The notes beneath the pieces were generated by a model that saw only the letters and a list, made by a program, of their open reading frames with translations, was not told the DNA's origin and made no database searches. Positions 24,050-34,035 of a DNA stretch of 34,035 nt are shown in pieces. The position numbers were made by a program, and so were the translations under genes. Source of the DNA: Vicugna vicugna (lineage: Eukaryota). Every line of letters begins with the position of its first letter. Position 1 is the stretch's first letter. Location of the stretch: positions 248,001-282,035 of the forward strand of contig MU058034.1 in assembly GCA_013265495.1 (NCBI GenBank). The letters are read 5' to 3'.

Positions 24050-24605
24050 TTATGCTACATCATAATATGTCACATTTCCATACCTGTAATATTCTTCCTT
24101 CCCTTTGTAATGACTTCTTTGTCTGGTTAGCTTCCATTCATTCTTTGAACGTTAGCTCAGATATCACCTACATTAAATAGCCTTCCCAAGTCTAGATTAA
24201 ATACCTGTATTGCAGCCTTGCTCACTTGTCTTTCAATCACTCATACCATTTATAGTTCTAACATTCAGGTCTGGACATATTAGTTCCCTGCTTAAAATAC
24301 TTCCTTTGTCCCCATTACCTATAATACAATGTCTATTGTTCTTAGCATGGCATTGCCTGTACTTCTTACCTCCTTACAGTGCTCTCATGCTTTTAATGAA
24401 AGGTCAGTACTGAAGAACAGACTCACAGCTTTCTGAACAGGTCCAAGCTGTGTCAAGCGCTCCCGCCGTCACCCCTGCTGATTTCGCTGTGTGATCCTCT
24501 GCTGTTCATTCTAGTTGCCTGTCCTCCTCTCAAGTCTCAGTCAAGTGTCACACTGTGAGCCTTTTGCTGACCTACGCATAGAACTGACTTTCTCAGTGCA
24601 CCCTG
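24050..24605 (+). mobile_element. L2 fragments (left flank of the LTR)
   Basis: 'ttccctgcttaaaatacttcctttgtcccattacctat', 'tcctctcaagtctcagtcaagtgtcac'. Confidence 0.7.
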
Positions 24606-25092
24606 CGTTACTGAGCCTCCCTTGTTGATCCCCAAAAAGGGACCTTATACCCCATGTGGCTTGCACCAACAGAGACTCATTTTGGTTCAGAGGTAGAGGA
24701 AAGCTTTATTATTTGACCGAAGGAATGGAGAAGTATGAGCTGGAGCTGCAGACTGTAAGTTCTTGCTGGCAAGCGGTGGGCAGGGCTGCTTTACAGGGTT
24801 CCCTCCAGTGGGAAGGGGACGGGGCGGAGTTCTCGCTTGGTGGGCGCATGCGCATGCGCATTGCTCGCAGGGCTCTGCGCAACGCCTGCCGCCGCCGCCT
24901 TCAGTTGCACCATACTTCTGCACATAGCTGGGAGCTGGGGTGTCATCTCGCACCAGGGACTCCAGTCTGAAGTGCTGGGTGTAAGGCCCCTGCACTCGAC
25001 ACCCTATGAGCAAGTGAAACTAGACTAAGCACAAAGCGGAAAAAAAGGTTAGACTTTATTACCCGAATTGTTTGTGTGCTTTGGTGCTGACG
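24606..25092 (-). mobile_element. Young CpG-rich ERV1-type solo LTR
   Basis: GC-rich insert interrupting an L2, flanked by cctg (24602-24605 / 25093-25096). On the minus strand the order is U3 motifs, GC box, TATA-like ccctgtaaa, then AATAAA (24705-24710). Confidence 0.85.
24785..24900 (-). promoter_or_regulatory. LTR promoter: tandem NRF1 palindromes, Sp/KLF GC box, TATA-like box
   Basis: gcgcatgcgcatgcgca at 24844-24860, ggggcggag at 24821-24829, and 12 CpGs in 24820-24900. Activity is inferred from motifs only. Confidence 0.6.
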
Positions 25093-25272
25093 CCTGCTTT
25101 ATTCTGTGCGGATTTCTATCAAGACACCTGTCATCATTTATTGAGTTCAGTCATTTTCTATTCTGTTTTCTTCAGTAAACTCACTGAAGATGGAGCTTTG
25201 TCCTAACTTTGTTTTCTAAGATAGAGTGGATACCTGAGAGCTGGTTGCTATTTGACTGAGTAGATAAATGAG
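25093..25272 (+). mobile_element. L2 3' end (right flank of the LTR)
   Basis: Continues the L2 pattern to the tail 'tttgactgagtagataaatga'. Confidence 0.55.
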
Positions 25273-26173
25273 TACGTTTTTAAATTTGGAAAGAATGTTG
25301 AGATGGATTCCAGAGTCGAAACTATATTCTTAGTAAGTAAATTAAGAAAGGAGATTTATTTCCATAAGTCCAGTTTTGCCCTCGAAGTGAAGTAGCTTTG
25401 CATTTCATATATAGCATATCGGAACGTTCTGCCCCTGCTACTTCACTGATGAGCATTCTCATCTCCTGAGATCTTTGCTCACTGCCATGGATTTACATCA
25501 GCTCTCCTCCAGGAAGACCGGCTGTACAACTGGAAGCCAAGTCTTGCTTCCCAAGCAGAGCAGTGGGCCAGGTTCAAAGTTGGAACCTAGTCACCCATTA
25601 TGTGCTGAGCTAGCCTGCCTTTCTACTTTGTTTCTTTACTTTATGCACACACACCTACACGTTTTTTATATTCAAAAGAATAGTGTTAAGTTTAAGTCTT
25701 AGTGTACATAGCAATGTTTTAAAGAGGTGTGATGGTTCAGATTCAGAAGCCTGTAGCTACCAACTTTAGTTCTCCTATTGGAAGTATGGAGTAGGATTTA
25801 TAGAACATTGGTTTGTCACTCTTTTTGAATTAAAATATCTTAAATGGTCACCCAGAAGAATAAAAGAAACCAAAGATAAAATGTTATCCTTAGAAATCAA
25901 ACCTGCAGAACACTGTCAACAACAGAAAGTGTGTCATATTTTATGGATAAACCATAATTTTTACCTGCATATACTAACAACTCTGGTTGAGTTGATAAGC
26001 TCAGAGAGTCATAATTTTCTACCCATTTGCTTAACAGGATGTATATTTTTAACGTTTTAAATTTATTCATATACAATAAAGATCACTAATATCTTCTTTC
26101 CCAGAAACTTATAGTGTAATCAGAGCACTGCTCAGTTATTTAGATAATTTCTATGGGAAATACGGTATTAGGA

Positions 26174-26285
26174 TAGTGTGGCCGTGTAATTTATTATCCA
26201 AGTCAAGTCACTTTGAGAATAAGGAAAGCTCTATTTATAATTACACCAGTAGAGAAGGCAAAAATTGGAAAGTATGGTCAACATA
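26174..26285 (+). mobile_element. MER94-like hAT-Blackjack MITE
   Basis: 'tagtgtggccgtgtaatttattatccaa...cactttgaga...ataattacacc...gtatggtcaacata' with degenerate TAGGGTGACC terminal inverted repeats. Confidence 0.75.
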
Positions 26286-27702
26286 TTCCATGAGGATTAT
26301 TTGTTATAGGAAGAAGTATTTCCAAATAACACACATAATAAATACCTCCAGAGACCTAAAGCCCATTCTGAAAACATAATTTGCCCTTTACATTTCAAAA
26401 TGACATGGTTAGCACTGAGGAGTAGAGAGATGGCAAGGACACTGATATGACATGAAATCCTTTCTTGTACTTAATTCCAGTTGTTGGGTCCAAATAGCAT
26501 ATGCAGGGGGTAGGGGGGAGATGCTCAGAGCCGTAGCGCTCAAGCCTCTCTTTTTGGATAAAGGTAGCAATTAACTTTCACACTATTTTAGATACAATTT
26601 CTGACACTTTTTTTATTTGGAGCGTCTTTTTAACTTAAATGCCAGTGTTTAGAAGAAATGAAAATAAGTATAAATACCACACTTAGCCTTCTATTATAAA
26701 ATATCATGTTTTTAATAATAGTAATTACTTCTAGCTATAAATCTTCAAATGCATGATATTTTGCTTGTCTACGATATTAAATAGGCAATGCTTTCCGATA
26801 TACTGTTTACATGAAACATACGTAGGAAAACATAAGTAGAAAAAACAGATTATTTTTCTTCGAAGAAAAAAAGATCATTGCCAAAGATAATGAACAACTC
26901 TAAGACTGAGTGGTTTCTTTAAATGTTAGAATTTTTTGTGTGTTGTGTTTTTTTTTTTTCGTGCAGTAAGAAGACTTTCAATACATTTCTTTCTTATCTC
27001 CATTAAGGGCAAATCGATTTTAACTTTCTTGGATGACCTATAAATGAAATTTTGCATTCCTCACCTTTGAGCTAAAGCAGTGCTTTTCTGAGTATAATGC
27101 AAAAAATAACTGGCTCTCAAGGATTCCGAGGACAATCACATTTAGGGAATGTTAAATATGTTTTATATAATACCTATTAGCATTGCCTGGAACTGGTATA
27201 GCACAGAACATGGTGGGGTGTGGGTGGAATATTGATTTAAAGGGACTGGGAGCATTTTCAAAAATATCTCACAAAGGAAACCCCAATAAATGAACCAAAT
27301 GATTACTCTTACCATTAAATTAGTGCATGGGGCTCTCAAAAAGCTGTTTTTTGCCAAATGTCATTGCGTTTTAGGAAAATGGATTCATTTCTCTCCTGAA
27401 TCCTTTGTCTAAGTCATTCTAGACTAGCTGCCAGTAAGTATACCCCGTTGATCATGAAGTCAGCTGAAGGAAAATCCATTTCCACTGCAGGAAGAGAATT
27501 TCCCAGAAGGTGTTGATTGTAAGAGTTTGTTCTTTGTATGTGGAGTGTAGAGGGATCTATTATCGTCCAGTCAGTATGTGGTAATTACTTTTCTTGGGTT
27601 TAGTCTTTATGTTGTAATTGGTATCAGAAAAGGATAAGATGAATTCTCTAAACTGCAAACGTGTATTTTTTAGCTGATGTTGAAGAGGTTATAAAAGTGG
27701 TA

Positions 27703-27873
27703 AAATAATTCTTAACACTGTGGGTAGCCATAGGTCACTTTGGGAATCTAATCAAACTGTGGACACAGAAAAATGCAAATAAGCACATAAACACATATAT
27801 TTGCATATCATTTCAGGGCTAACAACTCCAGTAGCTTATCCTTGGGCCCATGGTCTCCAGAATACGTCCCTTG
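27703..27873. mobile_element. hAT-Charlie MITE remnant (MER103C-like)
   Basis: 'ctttgggaatctaatcaaactgtggacacagaaaaatgca...tttgcatatcatttcaggg'. Confidence 0.6.
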
Positions 27874-28419
27874 CTACTGTGAGGCTTGAGTCTCTTCTTT
27901 CAAGAATGCTTATTAGCATATGACTGTGATCAGTACATTAACTTTACAAAAATGATTTTCATGTATTTAATGGGATCAGGTATTGGGTTGTTTGTCATTT
28001 CTGATTGAATAGACCTTTATGAACCAGTGACATGCTCTAATTTTTCATATTTTAAAATCAATATCCAAAGAGTTCAGATCATGCATTTTAAGACACTTAT
28101 TTTAATAATATAAGAGGGCAGATTGTTCAGGAAATGTTTATGAAGCATCAGCCAAATGTCAAGCATCATTCTAGCAATATAGTTACAGAGATTACTGTAA
28201 TAGAACACCTGCCTTTAGCAGTCAAAATCTAGATGTAATTATAATCTAAATATAACTGATTTTTTCCATATAATTGGAGTCCCCAGCCACATTCAGGTGT
28301 CTGTAATTACTCTTAAATGTATTTATTTTATTTATATATATATACCTCACTCCAAAGTTCAAGAAAAATAAACCTTAAAAATACAAAGACAAATGAACAA
28401 AGGCACATCTGCCCAAAAT

Positions 28420-28620
28420 AACCATATCAATCATTATATTGGATATTTATATGGCACTTTTTTAATAGTTCACACAGATCTTTCACATGTATTTTGTAAG
28501 TTGAGTAGGAAAAATTTTTTTTATCATTCTAGTTCATTTTCTCTGACTGAGGCTCAGATGGGACCAGCCGTATACCAAAGGTCAGGATCCTAGAAGGTTT
28601 AATGTTGGCCTTTCTAATTC
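28420..28620 (-). mobile_element. MIR
   Basis: 'ggcacttttttaatagttcacacagatctttcacatgtatt...gactgaggctcaga...ccaaaggtca'. Confidence 0.65.
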
Positions 28621-29089
28621 TAAAATTTATAAACCTTTTCATTTCCTGGTTTCAAGTATATTAATTAAGAATGTAAGTTACAGAGCCAAGTTCTGTAGAC
28701 TACATCAAGGAACCAGTCGGTCAGAGTACTTAATGCTTAGACTCTAGAGGGACCCAAACAGGGAAGTGTACAGTGAGAATCAGAGGCAATGGCTAATTGA
28801 AGTTAGCAGAGTTAAACTAATTCCTTCATTGTCAAGGGGCAGGAGGATGTATTTATTTGCATCCAGATACTTTCCTGAATTCATGACTGTGGTTGGCCTG
28901 AAATGTGAACCAAAAGCTTTCTATCAACTCCCATGTTCATACAAGTATGCAATCTCATAAAATGCATGGATTCTGAAAGATTATAATAACTTAGATCATG
29001 GCAAATTGAATTATCTCTCTAGTAAAAGGAAGCCTTATGAATCAATTCATATAGGGATTGGAAACACTCTGCCACTTTTAAAAAAAAGT

Positions 29090-29830
29090 ATGTTTTCTAA
29101 CAAGATAATATTTACATGTCATAAAGTTGACTCATTTAATGTATACTATTTAATATGGTTTAGTCTATTTATAGTCCTGAATATCCATCAACATAATTTA
29201 ACTTTAGAACATTTTTATCATCCCCAAAAAGAAACCTTAAATACATTACTAATCATTCTCTATTTTTCCTACTGCCCACCCCTCAACTCTATCCACAGGC
29301 AGATACTTATCTACTTTATGTCTCTATATATTTTACTATTTTACATATTTCATATAAATGGTCTTTTATAATATGTGGTCTTTTGTATCTACTTCTTATA
29401 CTCAGTATAATGTTTTGGAGGTCCATATGCATTGTAGCATGTATAAATAATTAATTACTTTTTATTGTCTAATATTCCATTGTATGGATATACCACATTT
29501 AATTATCCATTCATCAGTTCATGGAAATTTGAGTTGTTTCCACTTTTGACTATTAATTCTGCTGTTTATGTAAACATTTTGAATTTGTTTATTTACTTTT
29601 GATCTACAATTTCATTTCTCTTGTGTAGAATTCTACCTAGGAGTGTAATTGGTGGGTCATATGTTAACTCTCTCTTTGACTTTTTGAGAAACTGCCAGAC
29701 TGTATTCCAAAATGGCTGCACTATTTACATCCCCCCCAGCAATGTATGAGGGTCCTAGCTTTTCTGTATTCTGGCAACACTTGTCCATTTTTTTTTTGAT
29801 CCATCTTTTTTTAATGTGGACATTTTAGTG
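29090..29830 (-). mobile_element. L1MB-like 3' end
   Basis: 'tttagaacatttttatcatccccaaaaagaaacc', 'aatattccattgtatggatataccacattt', 'gagaaactgccagactgtattccaaaatggctgcact'. Confidence 0.92.
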
Positions 29831-29992
29831 TTTGATTCTCAAAAGTTAGGAATATCATTTATGCCTTTTTTTTTCCTTTTTAATATTTTTCTTTCCTGAG
29901 CAAGTCATGACTGGAAAAGTCTCAAAAATACTCTCATAATCCCTTCGCCAATTTTTTTCCAAATTTCTCAGAATATCAACCATCCCAAAAAC
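29829..29992 (+). repeat. Local direct duplication, copy 1
   Basis: Aligns to 31281-31463. Core 29881-29973 vs 31353-31445 is 74/93 identical without gaps (hand count). Confidence 0.92.
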
Positions 29993-30037
29993 ATTTTAAT
30001 AAGTGACCAATGATATTGAGCATCTCTGTGTATTTGA

Positions 30038-30206
30038 ATAAATAAAATTAACTTGGAACACAGCTACACCCATTCATTTATTCTTATTATCTATGATTAT
30101 TTTTGCAGTATCATGGCAAAGTTGAGTAGCTGCAACAGAATGTATAACCTGCAAGGTCTAAAATATTTACTATCTGGACCTTTACAGAAGAAGTTTGCCA
30201 ACCCTG
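30038..30206 (+). mobile_element. MER58A-like MITE lacking its 5' end
   Basis: 'ttggaacacagctacacccattcattta...ctaaaatatttactatctggacctttacagaagaagtttgccaaccctg'. Confidence 0.92.
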
Positions 30207-30371
30207 CTTGATCAAATAAAAAATCCACATCCTCAGCTAGGTTTCATTTACAAGTGAATTTCCATACATCAGGGTGCTTAATGAAAGATACAAGTGTATC
30301 TAATGTACATAGAGGAGAAGATTGAAATGACTTTGAATACATTTGTGAACTTGTGGTTAGTGTTAAGTTTC

Positions 30372-30650
30372 TATTTATTCATTCACTTATATTTATTTAA
30401 CATGTTTATTAAATGTTCATTTATTCCATTTACTTTAATTAAAGTCTTTCTATGTGCCTATAGCTCTGTTAGCCTCTGGAGATATTGCAAGGAGGATGGG
30501 CAATACCTCTGCCCTAACAGAGCTCATAATTTATGTGAAGAATGCCTTTTATAGGGTGAAAATGATGAGGTAGAGGGTGCACAGTGGTCCCATGGGCATG
30601 AGGGAAGTTGGGGAATGAAAGTAAGTATGGATTAGTGGAGGAAACTGGTA
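30372..30650 (-). mobile_element. L2 3' end
   Basis: 'tttattcattcacttatatttatttaacatgtttattaaatg...cctctgccctaacagagctcataat'. Confidence 0.7.
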
Positions 30651-30653
30651 GAA

Positions 30654-30910
30654 CAGTATTCCCCCAAATGTGAAAATATTTCTCAGTGTTGTGAGAGGGG
30701 AAAAAAGTCTCTGGTGCAATATCTTTGGGTCAGAAGAACAGATTTTTTTCTTCCTGTATTATATCTCAGAGGCTTTAATATGTAAAATGTGCATTGCAGA
30801 TCTTTAGCAGGATTTCCTAAAATAACCTTTTAGTTTGACAATGCATTTCATATGCGTTAGGGTTCCATGAAATATTTTCTGGGAAAAAAAAAAAGATTTA
30901 GAACTTTGCT
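30654..30910. mobile_element. Degenerate hAT-Charlie MITE
   Basis: 'tagaacagtattcccccaaatgtg...tttaatatgtaaaatgtgcattg...gttccatgaaatattttctgggaaa'. Confidence 0.5.
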
Positions 30911-31280
30911 GTTCAAGAATTCAGTTGAAGATGAAAAGGAGTCATAAAAGTTCCTGGAAACAAAATGAGATCACACACTCAACAGTTTTGATTTCTGTGT
31001 ATGTGACCTTTTAGATCGTGAAAGTTTCCCTCGTGTAGATATTAGACCTGTAAATTAGTTATGGTAATGCCTCCTTCAGAGGGTCTTTGAAGTTAAGTTT
31101 TTCCATTATTAAATACCTGTCTTTCATATGAATCTTTCTAAAGCACCTTAAGATCATGGAGAAGAAAGTTCAAGGAAAGATAATATAATAGATTATTCTT
31201 CCTTGGGCTTTAACACTTTTAAAAGAATTATTTCTTACCTTTTTGTTAAATTGACTTTGGATAAATTTTTCAAAGTAAAA

Positions 31281-31463
31281 TGTTTGGTTCTCAAAAGCTA
31301 GTAATACCTTTTCATCCCCGTTTTTTTTTTTCTCTCTCTCTTTTTTTCTTTCTAATATTTTCCTTCTTTGACCAATTCATGGCTGGATAAGTCTCAAATA
31401 TACTGTCATAATCCCCCTGCCAATTTTTTGTCAAACCTTTTAGAAACAAACTTCCACAAAGCA
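31281..31463 (+). repeat. Local direct duplication, copy 2
   Basis: See copy 1. The internal T/CT tract is longer in this copy. Confidence 0.92.
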
Positions 31464-31569
31464 CAAGCCAGCACTGTCAAGGAGGTTTGATTATCAGGAT
31501 TAGAAGTGCAGACAGCAAGCAACTTACGAGAGCACCTAAACTTTGACTGTGTGCAGCCAGTTCCAGTTC

Positions 31570-31750
31570 TGAACTGTCTGAAGCTCCAGCTCAGTGACTC
31601 ACACTGCCATTTGGTGCCCTGTACTTGGTATGAATAACTGCCTTCCTCTGAAACTCAGTTTCTCTGTTGTAGAATCAATAGAGTTAATGATACTTATCTC
31701 AGCTTATTGTGAGATACCAAGCAGATAGTTGGCATGCAGTACACATAACT
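31570..31750 (+). mobile_element. MIR
   Basis: 'ttcctctgaaactcagtttctctgttgtagaat...tacttatctcagcttattgtgagat'. Confidence 0.75.
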
Positions 31751-31944
31751 ACCTAGACAAAAAACTGGTCTCACAAATGAAGAAACATCTGTTAGGTTGG
31801 TTTTTTTGTGTTTTTTGTGTTTTTTGTTTGCTTGTTTTTGGTTGGTTGGTTTGTTTTGCGAAACCACTGTTAATGCCTGGAAGCAAGATTCATCTGCCTA
31901 ATTGTGTCAGAGTTTGTGAAAGCATTGTCACTTTATCATTGACT

Positions 31945-32200
31945 TAAGGCTGGAAGGGGATGATAATATGTTGGATAACCTAACGATGACCGTATCATAT
32001 TGACAGAGGTATTAGGCACCTAATGTATTAGGTAATATTAAAAATAAATAAATGTGAGAAATACTCTTATTTGGATCAAAACTACCATCTGAGAAAAAGG
32101 CTATGAAATGGAAGTGTAGAAAATAATTAGAGGATTAAAATGACAGCAAGAGGAAAATAAGAGTTAATGACGTGACAAGGAGATGCATGTGCTCAAACGT
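31945..32200 (+). mobile_element. L3/CR1 fragment
   Basis: 'aaatgtgagaaatactcttatttggatcaaaa...aattagaggattaaaatgacagcaag' is weakly CR1-like. Confidence 0.45.
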
Positions 32201-32534
32201 ATCTGATGTAATTATGATTATGCTAACCACCCCAAATAGATGAAAACTGCAACCATGGAGATTATTGCCTGCTCAAATTTGGGCTTGATCATTAGAGTGT
32301 GAGACTCAGCTGTAGTCCCTCCACTCTGAGAAATAAAGATAAATGTGAATGTATTCCAGAAAAGTTAAGTAGTGTGGCAGCTCTTGTTGAAAGGTGAAGA
32401 CTTTAGGGGCAGTCGTGTAGATGTGAAAATCAAATACAAAAATTATATAACTGAAAATAACTAACAAAGCTACTTCACTCCAGCAACCCCAAGTCTCTGA
32501 ATTTACCATGACGAGAGCCCTCCATACCTAAAAG

Positions 32535-33950
32535 CAACGTATACTCAAGGTATTGAATGTCAGCTTTAGTTGTAACTTTAAAATACTGGAAACATCCTAA
32601 GGTGCTGGTTGAATAATTTATGTACAACCACCTAATGAAATAGTTTTCCATTAAAAGGATGAAGTAGTTTTCTATGAATTGATGTGACTAGGATATATGG
32701 TATAAAGGATGATCGTAGTACACTAACTTTTATGTAATAAATAAGGGGAAGTAAGAATAATTGATTCTTTCTTTCTTGAAACATTTGTCTCTCTCTGTCT
32801 GTCTATAATTTTTGGCAAAAAGAAGCAGTGGAGGACTAAATAGAAGCTAATGAAAAGAGTTACCTACTAGGAATAGATGAAAATGGGAGAGAGGGACTAG
32901 GAATGAGTGTATGACTTCTCTGAAGCTCCTTCTTTATATAGCTTGATGTTTAAATTCTAAAGATATTTTGTATATTCAAAAATTAATCAAATAAAAAGGA
33001 TGAAAAATTAATTTAACCAAATGGAAATAAATGATCCTGAGTATGCAATTAATAACTACCACACCAAGAAAGTAATTCAAGTAACTGTTACTTTAATCAT
33101 TAATTTACCAGTGAACATACTAATTAGTCACAATGTTTAATTGTCATAATTTTATTCATAAAACATATGTTTACAAAGATGTGTTATTAAGTCCAAAACC
33201 AGTGCACGAAAATGAACTTTTTTGGTAGGTTTGTTGTTGGTAGGTACATTGGTGTGGTCTTTCTGAAGCTATAGTATGTCTGTATGTAGGAAAAATGTGA
33301 ATGAGTAAAATTACAGATATTGTTGGGAGAAGGGAGACAAAACATGGAATAAGATAGTTTAGAAGAACACTGTAGTACTGGGTTTTATTAATAAGTCTTA
33401 ATATAACCACATTACACACACACACACGCTTACTATGTCCTTCATGCCCAAGCACATATTCATCCATCTTGAACCCATCCAGCTGTTCCATGTTCTAATA
33501 ATATATTTCCCTCTTGATTAAAGGACATCATCATATTTTTTTTGCATCTAATGACCAGGTCATGACTTCAAATTACCGTTCACCACCACATGCATGTTAA
33601 AAACTAAGAAACTTAAAGAAGTGGCTGGTTTCAGGTCTGAACAGAAAAGAACAAAGTGAATCTGGTGCTCAGAGATGAATAGGATAAGATAGTGTACAGG
33701 TATTGTGTATAGGGGATTTATTGAACTAATTTGTAATGTATGGCATCAATAAGAAAAATATAGAATAGCATGTTAAATTAAAAGTATCTGTTCATGTGTT
33801 CATAGTGACACAAGAGATACAGAAGGGGAAAAGTTCAGGTGGGGGCTGTTTTTCAGTAGAATAATGCATTTAGCAGGACAACAGATCTGGACTTTTCAAA
33901 GGATTTAGGATGAGAAGAATAGCAGAAGTCAGATCAGTCATTCTAAATTA
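32535..33950 (+). mobile_element. Ancient L1MC-like (L1MC4/4a) long 3' UTR remnant
   Basis: 'aaaatactggaaacatcctaa...ggttgaataatttatgtaca', 'gaagctaatgaaaagagttacctact', 'gtggctggtttcaggtctg'. Confidence 0.7.
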
Positions 33951-34008
33951 GAGAAGACTAAAATGACATAGTCTAATCTAATATATGAACTTTGTATCAT
34001 GTATTTAA

Positions 34009-34031
34009 ATATATATATATATATATATATA
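34009..34031 (+). repeat. (TA)n microsatellite
   Basis: Seen directly. Confidence 0.95.
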
Positions 34032-34035
34032 GTAT

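Noticed and set aside
24656..25028. Three overlapping ORFs of 63-108 aa
   Set aside because: By-product of the GC-rich LTR, which has few stop codons. No recognisable protein.
29006..29371. 121-aa ORF, the longest in the window
   Set aside because: Mostly antisense L1MB 3' UTR, with a non-ATG start.
32200..32520. Further minus-strand acceptor-like sites near 32327 and 32451
   Set aside because: No convincing matching donors.
1..34035. Excess of minus-strand L1 fragments as a sign of a + strand host-gene intron
   Set aside because: Several L1 and LTR elements are also on the + strand and the counts are too small. No + strand coding exon was found.

Overview
AT-rich mammalian non-coding DNA. 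It is most likely camelid (alpaca/llama/camel), judged from a young L1 3' end of camelid type at 10308-10401 and cetartiodactyl-type L1 3' UTRs and LTRs. I recognise no protein-coding gene, RNA gene, CRISPR array or prokaryotic system; the supplied ORFs are chance ORFs or decayed L1/HAL1 remnants. Roughly half the window is interspersed repeat: hAT MITEs, L1 fragments of several ages, HAL1, L2, L3/CR1, MIR, MaLR/ERVL LTRs and two ERV1-type solo LTRs. Three observations are not routine. (1) A CpG-rich ERV1 solo LTR at 24606-25092 on the minus strand carries an intact-looking promoter (tandem NRF1 palindromes, GC box, IRF-like site). (2) Four minus-strand exon-like segments in unique DNA lie downstream of it (22845-22743, 12164-12009, 11254-11172, 780-629) and could form a spliced lncRNA, possibly with a 46-aa small ORF. 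(3) An ancient, about 80% identical local duplication of non-repeat DNA at 29829-29992 and 31281-31463. Subfamily names come from remembered consensus similarity, not a database search, and boundaries of old elements are approximate.
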